From the NCBI GenBank assembly GCA_053919585.1, contig CM132786.1: DNA of 64,000 nucleotides, one strand, 5' to 3'. This stretch comes from Euprymna scolopes (lineage: Eukaryota). Both the position numbers and the translations under genes were made by a program. Within the stretch, counting starts at the first letter, position 1; the number at the start of each line of letters is the position of its first letter. This document shows, piece after piece, positions 13,474 through 27,984 of this stretch. The notes below the pieces were generated by a model. The model was not told the origin of the DNA, searched no databases, and saw nothing but the letters and a program-made list of their open reading frames with translations.

Positions 13474-15737
13474 TGTACATTTAAATAAGCCAGTCGCTGT
13501 AGTGTATAATTATTTCAATCCTACAAAACGCACGGCTCGATCATTTGAAATTTGGATGTTGTTGAATAAAACTATTTTAAATGTGGTTAAAAATGGCTTA
13601 CTCTATTTACAAACAAACCACTGAATGGAAAAGATTTGGAGTGACTCATGGATGCATTAATGCTTTTTTAATACGAAATTTTATATAATTTTACACGTCT
13701 TTGTGTACGTTTATATGTGTACGTGTATAGAATGTTTTTATTACGCGTACTGTTTAGCTTTGTGACAATTTACACCTATAACTTCAAGCATTTTGCGATT
13801 CCTTAGCTATTTATGTTAAACTCTCAGATTGTAATTATTTCTCAGGTATTAAAATAATAAAAAAAATATTTGAAAAATTGCGGATTCATATAATCGTGCA
13901 GTCACATATCTATCTTTAATTTTTTATAGGCATTATAACATTTTCAGAATATCAGCATTGTAAATCACCTCTCACATAAGAGACACAAGTTTACTCAGAA
14001 TACTCTCTGCAAGAGGGAGAGTGTAGAACATGTACTATGTAACAACAAAATATCTCAATATCATTGCTGTGATATTCGTGATATAAAATATAGAAATATC
14101 ATATATTATTGCTATTTTTTAAAAAATCCTTTGACGTTAATAATCTGTATATTTTTTTTATTTGCAGGCATTTATCTTCATTTTGTAGGCAGACTATTCC
14201 TCTGACCTAGGTATGTGGTTAATTGCGAGGGAATAGGCGTTCTGTGTCTATTTACTACATCCGCACTATTTACTTGTTTGCATCGTTGTTGTCGTCTCAC
14301 CAGGTTTTATTCAACTCAGCCACTGGCCGACATTAAGTAAGAACTGACACCTATACCTTCAGGAAATGGTCATTTGGTACCAGAGAGATTCAACGTGTAT
14401 ATGCATTGCGCCATGGGTCCCGAATAGAATGTTATCGCAGCCTTAACGTATGGGTTATCAACTGAGCAAGTGTACTCTTTTAACTTTTATCAAACATTAA
14501 AGAAAAACTTTGCACATGACGGTTTATACAAACGCGTAGTTGTTTGCATGTAGACTATCAAATAAACGCGGAATGATTTATAATCTTCTTTTATATAAGT
14601 GACTTATAATTCCCCCTTCTTATCTTATCTTAGCTTTAATACGTGCAGTACGATATTCCCTTCTGGCTGTGATCTTTTGTTTTACTCATGATTGCTTTAC
14701 GCTTGCATGGCATACACTGGAGATATTGATTTCAAAATGTGTATTTAGCAAAATGTTGCTAATTGGATTAACGTGATTAATCTCTTCCTGGTTATTTCTA
14801 AAGTTATGTTTCTAAATGTCTTTAACAGTCATATCATGGATTGCATCTCTTAGAAATATTCACTTTTATCCCTACATGTCGGGAATATCTTCTCCGTAGG
14901 TCTTCGACTCGCACCGACATGTAATTCATACGAACAGATGACGTACAGTCGTATGTAATATTATTCACCATTACATTTCTAGTTCATTTTGTCTACAGCG
15001 GTATTTCATCAACCCTCGCATGACTGACAGCTGCAGATTGTCTATTAACTTTCTCTGCTTAAAAACATTTCTCTATTCTCAGAAAAAAGAGTATTTTTTT
15101 GCGTTATACTACTCAACACATTGATCACCTATGAAGTCATGGAGTCGGTAAACTGTATAACCCAATATATTTTACTCATCCCGTATTTGTTCAAAGATGT
15201 AATAGGCAGAAAATTATCGATACCTTCACATTAGTCGCATATGTTTTATCACTCCACAGATATTCCAATTGTTATTTTTACACAACTTCAATATGAGACG
15301 AACTCAGCGTTTAAGACTCATTTCTCCACATGGTGGTAAAGAAGTTAAACGAATTAGCATGGTATATTGTGAGTTTTTAAGCTATAAATTGCATTTAATG
15401 TTTATTCTCTTACCATGAGATCGATCCCACTATTTTTCTCTAAATTAAGCATAAATGTTTAACTCTGGAATTCAAAGATAATCCTTTTTTCCAAAATGTC
15501 CAAGGCCATATGATCCCTCGTCCTCAAAAAAAGTTTCCCCTAATTAATCTATATTTTCTCTTGAATTTCCGCAAGTAGTGTTTCCCTCCTAGGGTTTCTG
15601 TGTTTTTTTTTTTATATGGTGCACATTTTGCATATTTTTGCATTTAAAATATTTTAGCCAGCTTAATCAGCCCGGACAGACGTTGCAATGGGTGACTTTG
15701 GTTGACGCAAGTATTAAAGTAATTTGTATCGCAGAGA

Positions 15738-15886
15738 GACACGTACACTCCCACGCACACGCACACACGCGCACACGAACACACGCACACATAACAAAAG
15801 ACACGCACACACACAAAACAAAGAACTCGCACGCGCACAGAGAAATACGCACAAGTAAAAACACTAGCACACCCACCTGCACACAC
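15738..15886. repeat. Degenerate (CA)n tract
   Basis: CA/CGCA-rich run; explains ORFs 15638-15925. Confidence 0.85.
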
Positions 15887-16639
15887 TTTGTAAATAGTAA
15901 AGACTAGATAGTTTAAATACATCAATTATGACATAAGTTAATTTAAATTGTATGTACTGTCAATTTCTGGTCATGATAAAATGTTGGAGTAAAGAAATAA
16001 AGATGGATGTGCAAGTTTTCGAAAAAAAATCCAGGTTTGGCTACATTGTTACCTTACTCCTTTTTTATTCAGCATAAAAAGATATAATACTAGTCAAAAA
16101 GTCAGAAATAGAAAAGCGAAACGGTACTAAAGCATATATAAATATTTATTTTTGAATAAGTTTTGGTTTGCCCTCACCCTGGTCTCGGATATATAATCGC
16201 TAATTCCGTTATATTTTTTTTTAATTTAGCGTAAATAAAGAATCAATGTTAGAAGCTTGCATGAAACAATAAATAGTCGAGCCATGCAGTATATGTCAAT
16301 GTGTTAGTTCTCGTCAAAATTCGGATCTCGGCTGTAATATTCGTCAATGCATTTTTTTTTATTTAGCGCGAAAAAAATAGGCCAAATATTCAGGACTAAA
16401 CAGTTTAAAGGCTTCCAAACTATAAATAAAGATAAATGTTACGTGTTACGCTATTCTGCAATTTTACTTTTAAATATCGTAAACACATAATAGTTTAAGA
16501 AATATAATAAGGTAAAAAATAAATATATTCTGAGACGCCTTCTCTTCTTTATATAATAATGATATTTATAAATGTATATATTTCCACCTCTAAATTATTC
16601 AATAACTCCTAAGATTTTAATAAAACAATACCGTAAATA

Positions 16640-19600
16640 TTTTTTTCACACAGTGGTCACCAATTATAAAGGCCCGGAAGCCACTCCAAGATGTAGTCAG
16701 GTGGAAAGCAGACAGACGGAACAGAGTTCCACAGGCGTGCAGTTCTAAGAAAGAAGATTTGTTCATGGAATCTACGTTTTGATTTAGGCACAGATATAGA
16801 GTGGGGGAATTTTTTCACAGTGGATTCAGGTAGACGGGTGTTTTTCGTGAAAGATTAGCGAGGGGGTCCGGAGATTGGAGTTCAGACGAGTACCAGTCAT
16901 GGAACTAACGGTAAAACAAGGATAGTCTCGCAACGTCTCTTCTGTGGGAGAGAGGTTGCAGGGTAGAGTAAAGAGCACCCCCACTAAGCCACGAAGTCTA
17001 TTTTGCACTCTGTCAAGGCAGGGTAGGCTGTTTTTAGCAGCTCCTGCCCAGATATGGCAGTAGTACTCCATCCTTGGATGTACTTGGCTTTTATATAGAT
17101 AGAGAATTGCATCAGTAGTGAGAAATCTTCTGGAGCTGTAGAAGGATCCCACCATCGTTCCAGTGACCTTGGCAACAGACTGTCTGTACGTGTTCCATTT
17201 CAGATCAGGAGTAAAGGTCAACCCCAGAAGCTTGTCTAAACATTGGGCATCTCCAAGACGAGAGCCATCCATCACAATTGATGCCAGATGGGGATCAGAG
17301 CGTTGATGATGTAAGGATAGGAGTTTGGTTTTAGATGCATTAAAGGTAAGCAGCAACGTCTCCCCCCCACTGCAGCACGCGCTCGAGATCAGAGGAGAGA
17401 GAATCAGAGAGAACTTTCTCATTTACAGCCTTTGATGTGTTGCCGTAGATGGTCGTGTCATCAGCATAAATGTCAACGAATGATGTAAGTATGTGTTTAG
17501 GGAGGTCATTGATGGTGATCAGGAAGAGAGTTGTGCCCAGGATTGACCCCTGAGGGACTCCCGCATTAATACTGCAGGCCTCCGATTTTTAGCCATCGAC
17601 CGCTACTCTTATGAGCCTATCGGAGAGAAATTATTTAACGATTGGGAAAACATATCCAGTTTTACCGTAGCTGGAAATCTTCTGAGGTAGACCCGTATGG
17701 CATACCTTGTCGAAGGCATTTGATATGTCAAGAGCAATTGCCCTAGAAAGGAAGCCTTTGTCAAGAGATTCACAAATCCTGTGAGATATAACCGTCAGCA
17801 CATCTACGGTAAATCTTGCAGAGCGGACACCATATTGTGTGTCACTAAGAAGGTTATTTCTGCTGAGGTGGTTGACTATTTCTATATTTACTATGGATTT
17901 CAGCAACGTACTAATAACACACATGAGACCTCTTGGTCCGTACTGAGAGGGAGATGACTTATCACCTGAATTCGTAAATGTAGCGCAAACTGATGAGGGC
18001 TTCCAGGGAGTCGGAAAGCATTTCTCCATAAGGCAGCGCTTAAATATTTTCGTAAGTATGGGAGCAAGTTCTGGTTGAAGATTTTAACACTATAATTTGG
18101 ATGCCGTTAGGACCAGTTGCTTTACTGGAATCAAGGTTCTTGATTAGCTTGGCGACCTCATGCCCGGATATTTGTATGTTTCCTAGCGTGTTCTGTGTTA
18201 TAGGAGGAAATATGGGGAGTTGATGGCCTTCGTCGCATAGGGTAGAATTAGCTGCAAAGTTCTTCGCAAACAGTGTGGCCTTGTCTGACGCTGACGAGAT
18301 GACCTCTTGTCTATTGAAAATGGGTGGGATAGAACGCACACTTCAGTGCAGGATCCTATTTGTTATTTGCCAAAAATGGTGGGATCCAAGTCGCTAATCA
18401 GTTACCTTGGATTTTACAGATTGGGTATATAGCCCTCTTGCATTTTTGTATTACTCTTTTGCAGTGGTTGCTTGCAGTCCTCAAAGCAGCTTTTGTCTCA
18501 GTTCATCTATTACGTTGGTAGCTATGGAAAAAGTGATTTCTGTGCGCGATAGCAGCAGCATATTCTGGGGAGTATCATGGCTTACCGTAAGGTTTTTGTT
18601 GGAATTTTTTATAAGCTATGAATTGACCTATACCTACAATTAACAATTCGGTCAGATCTGATACTATAGAGGACACTTCCTTTTTAAACATGCAGGGCAG
18701 ATTTTTATCAGATATGAATGTACGCAAGCTATCCCAGTCAGCCATAGAGTATCGCTATACAGTACGGTGGAGGCTTACGTCTGAGGACATTACATTTCGT
18801 TTTTATATAAACTGATATGCCGGAGTGGTCGGAGGATCCTAGAGGAGAATTAACGGAACATGAACATAGCTCAGGGGAAGTTGAGAGAAAAAGGCCTAGG
18901 AAAATTGCATATTAACCGGGTGTATCGGGCACACGGATGGGTTCGCGAACAATCTGACTGAGGTCATAAGCAATGACAAAATCATGACAGCCCCCCTCAT
19001 CGTCTGTCTTATTTGAATTGTTCAGCCATTCCACGTTATGGACGTTAAAGTCACCAAAGATGTGAATGTTAGCTGAAGGATTTGCAGACATGGTGTGGTC
19101 TATTTTCTCAGATATGGTATTAAAGATAGTAACTCCGCTGTTATGAGGCGGATAGAGGGCAAATATAAATGCAGTGGTGTTAGCAAGTGCAACCCTGAAG
19201 CACATATAGGATTAATTAGGATCTTTTCTAGAAATATCCTTGTCACACGGGAAGCCATCTTTAATGTAGGCACATATTCCATGCCCATGGCAATCTTGGG
19301 GGTCAGATTTAGCTGGTGTTAGAGTATCTGTTAATTATGAACTCATCTAGGGAAGTAGTCGGCCCTATTCAAGTTTCGCTTAGAAATAATATGTCCGGTT
19401 TCGTCTCCTGTAATTTGGTTTCAACCTCTGGAAGGTTGGAACGTAGACCCCTGATTTTTGAGAAGGTGGCATGATAATAGTGGTCTACGTTGGAAGATGA
19501 GGTTCTAGGTTTATTCGAGCTTTTATTTTGGATATTTTTCTTGTTGATATTTTGGGATTTGTGGAACAGATCGGCATACTTGGTTTGAGCTGATCAGAGG

Positions 19601-19990
19601 GGAAAGTTATAGAGAAAAAACATGACTTTTTGTAGCACACGAAAAGGTAAAGCCGTTACAATTACCTACTAGTATGGCATCGATACACGATACTACTGCA
19701 TGTCCAGATCCAATCACCAAATTGCAATACAGCAGTCCCAGTACTTTGCGCCTGCTTATAGGACAGCCTCATTAGTGGTTAATCCAAACTTCGGGCCCCT
19801 GACTATCAGGCGGATAACGTCAGCCCAGAAAAAAAACGTTTACCTCCAGCACCCTTACTAGTGGCATAGCGACTTTAAGCACCTTTTTCTTCACCCTTTG
19901 TCAAAAAAATCACTCATTGAATGAGGACTGAGGGACAAAAATGAGAAGCGAGAGTTACTGGAGCTACCGATAACACATCCACTGTATTAT
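16640..19990 (-). mobile_element. Near full-length CR1-Zenon-like non-LTR retrotransposon (APE endonuclease + RT, no visible ORF1), inactivated
   Basis: Candidate ATG at 19577. EN motifs KIRGLRSN...DILFLSET, IFGDFNVH, PLGSSDH. RT motifs QYGVR, ALDISNAFDKV, GVPQGSILG, IYADDTTI (~17450-17475). C-terminal LYLYKSQVHPRMEYYCHIWAGA is Zenon-type. Frameshifts and stops; ~110 bp deleted from the 3' UTR near 16690; short A tail at 16640-16646. 5' boundary approximate. Confidence 0.93.
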
Positions 19991-22900
19991 CTACTCTCCA
20001 TTAAAACAAAAAATGGGGAGGAGGGGAATGGGTACAAGTGGCTTATTTATATCTAATAGTAAGTCCGGTGCTAAGTTATCAATTCAGAACACTTTTGATG
20101 ATAATCTCCCCTCCCTATCAATGGGTGGAAGTTTGTTGTTATCTATCGAGTTTGAATCATAGTAGCTTCACCTTATAATTAATTAAAATCCAATAATTAA
20201 TTTTTATCAATCTGTAAATTCGGCTTAATATTAATTTACATTCGAGTTTAGATAAGTATTCAAGGTTTTAATTTAGGAGGTAACTTTTTTCTTTGCTAAT
20301 GACACTGTATTATATTTTGAATATAATTGAAAATAAGACTAACTATATTAGATGGTTTTATTTGCTAGCCAGGAAGCAAGCATTTTCAATATAGGCAAGC
20401 TTGCAGTAATAGTATATATTAAGTATATTACTTAAATAAAGTCCTAAATTTATCTCCTCTAATAGAGAAAAATAATTCCCGGTATTTTTGTCGTTAGTTT
20501 ATTTTGTAGCATGGGGGGTGCGCGATATAGACAGGAAAATAGAAACAAATACATAAATAAAACAAGAAAAACAGTTTAAACAAGGTAACATGAAAACATT
20601 TAGGATGAATTTTAAAAATACTTAACGTGTTTGCCATAATCGCCCGGCATCTTTTGCCAACTGGCAGCTGGCATGTCGTCGTGTTTTTCGGGAGCGTAAG
20701 AATATTTCTATTTCCGGATATATTTTATTTATTCCGAGACGCTTACACATTTAATGTGCCTATTCAGAATAAGAACCTAGATTTTATAAGTATTTTGTAC
20801 TTTATAACACTTATTATCATGCACAATTAGCTGTTTATTAAAAACATAATGCAAGCATTACATTTATTTAGTGACGCTCACTTTGGTTGCATTTTATTGC
20901 TAGGTGAGGCTATATAATAGTTTAATTTCATCCGTCCTTATTCTGCACATTTACTTAAAAAAATAAATAAATAAAATTTTCCACAACCTGCGCACACAGT
21001 ACATTAAGTGAATGAATATTTTTCGTACAATAGTAAAGAATAAATATTTCCAGTTGTTCTTCCTGTTCATGTTTAATAAATCGTTTGCAAAGTGTAATAG
21101 ATCCTCGCCTGCAGTTTACGTATAATTCAACCTTATTGGACGATACCATAAGTTCGATTATCCTAATTTATAGGTATTCCAGTTACTTTTACGATAAAAA
21201 GCAGCATTAGAGAGACATGTTTTGGGCATTTATCTCATAAATGTAGTCACCTTCTTTTACACATTGGCATAATTATATGCAGTTACCTTAATATAACACA
21301 CATTTCCACTTTTTACTGTGGTCTAAAATGTTAAAAAAAGTTGTTACACACGTTCTCTGTTACACTTGTACAAATCTGTGCGGACCAAAATGAATTGAGA
21401 CACAACAAATAAGACTAGCCGCCTTATAAGCCTGCAATGTTACGACTTTATATGCAGATGAGATGCTCTCGGTTCGACATAAAAAGGCCTAATTTTTCAG
21501 AAATGGCATTTATTTCGGAGTTAGATTTTAAAGAAGTGGGTTTGATTAGATATTTTTCTGAAGTTGACCGAATAATAGAAGAGTTGTGTTTTTGGACAAA
21601 TGACTTTCTGCAGCATTGAGTCAAATGTAGCAATAGCGAACTGGCTAATTTAGCCACACTAAGTATAACTTTATATATAGCTGTAAATGTATACCGATAT
21701 AAACACCCTAGATTGTATGTTTGAAAACAGACACTCACATTCTTTTTTTTTCGATACTTACTGGTACCAACACTCAAGAAGCGGAAAAGGGTTAAAATCG
21801 TGTCCTCAGAACCAGAAAATAAGAAATCTGCGACTGCGATTATACTCACCTAACAGCAAATCAAGCTAAAGATATAAAAATGAGTGACTTATTAATCAGT
21901 GAAATACACGAGCCACAACATGTTGGATAACAAGCAATTTCATCTGGTTATGCCTATGAACACTCCTTTCCATTAGTTATGATGCAGAATCAATAAGTAC
22001 TCTATATACAACCTGTTTTGTGTGGCTAATTGACTGCATTTATCTAATTTTTATTAATTTTCTAACTCAAATCCCGTGATTTCCATTAACTGAAACATAA
22101 AATCTCTACAAGTATAAAAAGAACAACGTATTACTTTCGAATATAAATGTTTCTTCTTTAGTTTCGTAAATAGAAAAAAAAGTTCTATTCTTAAATAGAG
22201 TAACTTGTAATGAGATGACTTTTTTCGAAGTAATTTAGGAACGTTTTTTACTTGACCAGATTCTCAATTAACAATTCTAATTTTCGTTACACACTCAAGT
22301 CTGTAACTATGCAATTAAGCAAAACTAGAATATTGCTGTCCATATTGCTTCTTGAATTTAAACCCTACTTATAAACGGATTACGGTAAAAAAAATACGAA
22401 CTTTAAAACGCGTCAAAGATTTGTTTCAATGGACATGTATATAGAAGTCTAAAATAAATTTTATAGACAAGTCAATCGCCATGATACTCTAGTATACAAA
22501 TAAAGACATTGAAATAATGAATCAATTGTTTTGATTACATCCAAATTATACGGAAATAAACATATCTCGATGCGTTATCACTGAAATTTATGAACTAAAT
22601 TCTTTCTCGATATATTAAAGTATCGCATTCTAAGCAAATATTATCTTAGGTATACTTATGTTAAAAAAAAAACTCAGTAAGCGAGTGAATAACCTTTCAC
22701 AATATTCAAAGCTTTTATCATTTATGTCAATTCCGTAGGATCCACCTCACATGTAAATATAAGAATCGCACGTTTTAAGATGAAAATAACGAAACACGCA
22801 AGTGTACTTTAGTGTACACCGTTGTGTTTCAACCATTGTAAATAACTCCAAAGATTATAAACCCACCATTGAACGATTATGATCGCTTTGGACAATTTCA

Positions 22901-23224
22901 ACCCTAACGCGGAAAATATACAAACAATTTTAAAGCATCAAGTAAATAAGATAATTACTGAAAAAATGGTTTCATAAGACCGGAACTGTGACTGAAACAT
23001 GTAATCAATTTAGTAATTACTAAACTATGCTTGTATTAAGACGAAACGTGACATGTCTGCCTTTAACTTGCAATGGGGTTGCGTCCTTTTTTTAAACAAC
23101 GACGAATTGATTTACTATATGAGAAAAGCAGTTTCAGTGTTTTAGTTAAGCCATACAACCATTTTACTATCTAAAAAATCGTTGCTAAGTATGCTATGTT
23201 TACAATTACTCGTACGGTTTACTA

Positions 23225-24285
23225 AATAGAGAGAAACTTATGAAAGTGGAGATGACGGCTTGTGTCTCTTATGCTATCACAAAACTCATGACCGAGACAG
23301 CTACAGAAGACAATGATTGCACTCCTTAAAGATATCGGTTTTAATATCACGCTTGACACAAACCTCACAAGTGTGGAGTTTTTGGAAGTAACATTTAACC
23401 TGCCCAGCAACTCCACAAGACCATACCACATTTCCACTGAGCATCTTAGGTAAATCATGACACCCACCTCCCGTTTTTATGAACGTTGTCCGCCGCAGAA
23501 GAATCTAAAATCAGCATCCAGCCGAATTATTTTCCAGCATCAGCCCCATATTACAACAGTGGCCCCCGATAAGTGGATACCGAGAAGATATCTCATATAT
23601 ACCCAATCCGCCTACAAGCCAACGCAGATCCACATATGGAACATTATTTGGTCCGACTACTTCTTGACCAATATAAAGCACAATATAGGTAGACAATTTC
23701 TCCTTCTAATAGTTAAGCATTTTCCACCCAGCAACAAACTCCATGTGATCCTCAGAAGAATATCATCAAAACTATCCACTCCTACCGCCCCTCAGATGGC
23801 TCTATCCTCACCTTTAAACTCTCAATTCCAATAAATACCTTAACCCCTGTTGCACTTGCAGGAAAAGGGGTTATTTGCCGTCTGGGAGGAGGCTGAACAA
23901 TTAAATCTAGTGTTTACCAGGACAAAGTCATTTCTTGGAAATAACCAAAATAAAGACATTTTTACATCGGGATGATGCAACGTACCTTCAGGCGGAGACA
24001 ATATGCGCACAAGTACGTGTTCATATGCCGTGCAAAGAGATATGTCAGAACTCTAGCAACGGAAAGTTTGTCGTTCACAGAATCAAACACACCATATAAA
24101 ATAGAATGGAACACCATTAATGTTTAAAAATCTCATGATCCAACATCAAAGCTCTACTCCTTATTCACCAACGAAAAATATAGGATTCTTAAGGCAATCA
24201 ATAACACATACATAGCCTAGTAATCATTAACGATGAAATCTTTAGAAAATACCCCCACAAAATAATATCCTTACTTGAAAAATAG
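23225..24285 (+). mobile_element. Penelope-like element fragment (RT C-terminal half + GIY-YIG endonuclease), probably Naiad-type, decayed
   Basis: GDDGL at 23248-23262 (YRDDGL-type catalytic motif). KDIGFNITLDTNLTSVEFLEVTFNL and NIIWSDYFLTNIKHNIGRQFLLLIVKHFP (NIIWFNPPF...NIG..FL.LI.KHFP). CTC...CRLGGG*TIKSSVYQ...FYIGMMQRTFRRRQYAHK...IEWN corresponds to the Cys motif plus GIY-YIG. Clade assignment is inference. Confidence 0.88.
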
Positions 24286-24616
24286 CTTAACCATGGTATA
24301 ACTTAACTCATGTACACCCCGATTAACACTTAGACCCCCTAAATACCGGATGCCAGTCTAAATCCAGATCAACCAACCAATCATCTTCCAAATAATAAGC
24401 TACCTAGCATTCTTACCTCATCACAATAGAGCAAATTATGCAATGCTTAACCCTCCGTGTAATATGCCCCCAAAATCAATATGGAATAGTTCATAGTCGG
24501 GCTCTCTGGCCCTCATAACATTTCCATTTCTCTTATCAGTCATATGTAGAGTAAAAAGAATATATCTTCGAAGTGTTTTAAAAATATTACAGTTGCTGAG
24601 AGACATTTCCTAGGAA

Positions 24617-24618
<2 letters not shown>

Positions 24619-24686
<68 letters not shown>
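24619..24686. repeat. (TA)n microsatellite
   Basis: Direct reading. Confidence 0.98.
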
Positions 24687-24690
<4 letters not shown>

Positions 24691-26689
24691 GTGTGTATTA
24701 AATGCAACGAATACACTTTTCTATATAACTTTTTTTTTCGATTTTCCGTATAATCATTTCCTTATCAAAATCAAAAATATTAATAGAATTTCCATATTTC
24801 TTGCTGTGACAGGCGCTTTCGATTCGTCCACGTATAACCCACCGTCGGCTGTTGAAATAAAAGTGCAAAAGAGCGGAACTGACTATAAAAAATGAAACTA
24901 AAATATACCGTAAACGGCGTTAGGTGATAAGTTAAATATATAGAGCCGAGAGAAAATCGATCAAAAATAAATGTCCATTAAAAATTCGAGTATTAAAATC
25001 AACAAGTCCGTAGAGACTGTTAACAAAGTCCGTTCACTACACAATACATTTTAGAACGTTACTACTTTTCTCGAATGCAATATTATTTATAGTGGGTTGA
25101 AGGGTTCTAATATATGACGCTTCAAGAATTTTTTTTATTTTTTAATATTATTTTCATGTTGGAAAAGTTTTTTATGTTGCCAACGAGGACCTTTCTGGGA
25201 TTTAAGGGGGTANNNNNNNNNNNNNNNNNNNNNNNNNNNNNNNNNNNNNNNNNNNNNNNNNNNNNNNNNNNNNNNNNNNNNNNNNNNNNNNNNNNNNNNN
25301 NNNNNNNNNNNNNNNNNNNNNNNNNNNNNNNNNNNNNNNNNNNNNNNAATAAGCTGTATTCTATCTTCGATATTTACTATCGCCAGGAAGCATTAGGCTA
25401 AAATCAGTTATTTTGTTCTTTATATATGCACAGCTACTCATACACACTTAAATTATGTATAAATGTGTTACTTACCATTTTTAACTGAAATAGTTGTCAT
25501 TCTTGAGAATATTAACGAAATTTTAATCAATATTCTTATGCTATATGATAAGATAAAAGTAAAATATAAACTATTGATATACTAAATGCCAAACTACGTC
25601 ATAGGATAAGTTGCATTTTTATACATATTTAAAGAAACTGGCGTTTTCAACTCCTCTGTGCATTTTTATATTTAAGGCAAATCAATTATATTCAATGTGT
25701 AAAAATATGTCCGTTTTGATAAATTTGTAATGAAATGTTAAACGCACATTTAATATGCGATGTACTGGATGAGATTGTATATCTATGCCAGCTATAAAAT
25801 AGGCTAAATTTTGAAAATATTTTCCCAGCGCTGTCTAGGTACAATATAATTGGCAGTCAAATGCTTTTACTCCAAAAATATGAACACATAAGAACATTAA
25901 TCTACACATATATTTAAGAGAAAAATACAGAAAGAAACTTCCTAGAATATAAGTGACAGGAAGAGGTTGATACGGGTGATTATAACGAATATATAGCCAC
26001 AACCCTATATACATATATATTTAAAGAGATATCTTGAAAGGTATACTTTATTTTCCCCATCTATCAAATGGTTATTTTTGTTATGCTGCAGATTTGTTTG
26101 TCATCATTTAGTATTTTTTAAAAATAACTTCGATTTTTTTTATTTGCTGCAAATTCTTCTTTTCTATGTGTTTTTTTAAATGTTTCTTTTTAATACATAT
26201 TGCAGAACATGTGCGCATGCAGCCACACACGTATATACATATTAAACAAAAAGAATACGTTGCGAATCTTTAAATGCGTATATTTCTAAACTGTAATCGT
26301 TTGTAAACTTTCAAAAATTCTTAACACATTTCGCATATACATTTACATATAAACAATTTGTGGCACATATGTGTGTAATATTAATTTTATAGATTACCAA
26401 CACATATATGTGTGATTTTATAGATGAACAAAGATGGGTCTTCTGTAATGCACATTTCTGTCTGCTGTTGCTACAAATTATCTTTAGACAATAAAATAAT
26501 GAACTTAAAATATATTTAAAGACAATTACTTTTATCGAGAATCATAAATATGTGAGACTAAGTTTACTTATCTGTGAAAACTACCTTATTTTTTTTATTG
26601 GATTAGAATTAGAATCATATGTAATAAACCCACTTGCACGCTCAGCGGCACACACACGAGCGTGCACACACATGTAATGCGACTAACAC

Positions 26690-26691
<2 letters not shown>

Positions 26692-26752
<61 letters not shown>
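26692..26752. repeat. (TA)n microsatellite
   Basis: Direct reading. Confidence 0.98.
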
Positions 26753-26755
<3 letters not shown>

Positions 26756-27984
26756 CAGGTTCTTAGTATCTAAATCTGAAAATTATTGGTATGTTTCCAT
26801 AGTCCAACTAATGATAATTATCATTGTTTATGAATGGCATTTTACATTTAAGTATTGTTTAATTATAATCATTAATTCACGAAGGGGGTTTGCACCCAAG
26901 CTATCACCAATTATTTCTAGTTGAGAACCACCTCCATGTAAATTTGAGTGACAACAAGCACTCCCTGATCTCCAGTACTTCCACTATATTCGTTAAGTTT
27001 TGCAGATTTATTTCAGTCATCGCTGCAATGTTTTGCCATTCATTTATAATTGGCAAGGATTATTAGACTTGGATATAGCAAGCCCCAAGCTTGTGCAATG
27101 CTCCAGTATTATATGAACCTCAACTAAATATATGGACAAATTGCACACCAAGTAAATATATTGGAAACTATCGAAGAATTGGGCAAAAACAGTAATTACT
27201 GTAATCTCTCTCTCCCTCTCTCTCTCTCTCTCTTTCTCTATCTCTCTATCTGATCATTCCATCCCTTTACTTTCCTCGAAAATTCTCTGGAGTGCAATTT
27301 TTCGCTGTTTCCTATTTTTAGAGGGTAACTTGTAATATCGCATTTTAAAGATTCTATCTGTTATTGATTTTGTGTTTTATTATGTAGTTTTCATATGTCA
27401 ATAATGATTATGTGTCTCACGTTTATTTGTCTTAACATACAAAATATTACATTAGTATTTCCGCATTTTTAATTCTATTTATCCGTTGTATTATTTCACT
27501 CTGGTTTCCTTTTTTTTTGTCTTTTCCGGCGTTTTCCCGAGATCTCATATTTCTGTTATATTATGTATATACTTGTCTGTTTATCTCTTCAGTTTCTTCG
27601 TCTATTTAATTTTAAAACGGTGATCTGCAAAAATAGCTGAACCTCCAATGTGTCGGAGGTTTTTCTTCTTATACGGTATCGGACATCCGGTATGGATGGT
27701 TCAATAGATTTATATCTTTGTACGCACATTTAATATAGGATTTTGTTTTTTTAGTTAGTGTTCAATTACTGCTACCACTTTGTGCTCTAACATTTGTCGG
27801 AGTGTTCCAAATGCAGTTGACTGTATAATTCTCATTGTAGTGTATTTCTCAGTTAATGTAATCAAACAAACAAAGAGTACTCATTCATTTAATCATTCAT
27901 TCATTCACTTGCAAAGAATAAACCCACAAATGTTTTTAAAAAATCAATTATACTGAACTGAGCTATGTAGAAAACGAATCTATA

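Noticed and set aside
21437-21619. Kinase-like C-terminal phrase (MRCSRFDIKRPNFSEM); also YGNGGDLY in ORF 59691..59942
   Set aside because: The conserved Trp is missing, and there are no other kinase subdomains or convincing splice sites; likely chance.
24500-24620. Hammerhead ribozyme expected downstream of the Penelope-like element
   Set aside because: Only degenerate CTGA...GAAA-like matches, with no supporting stems.
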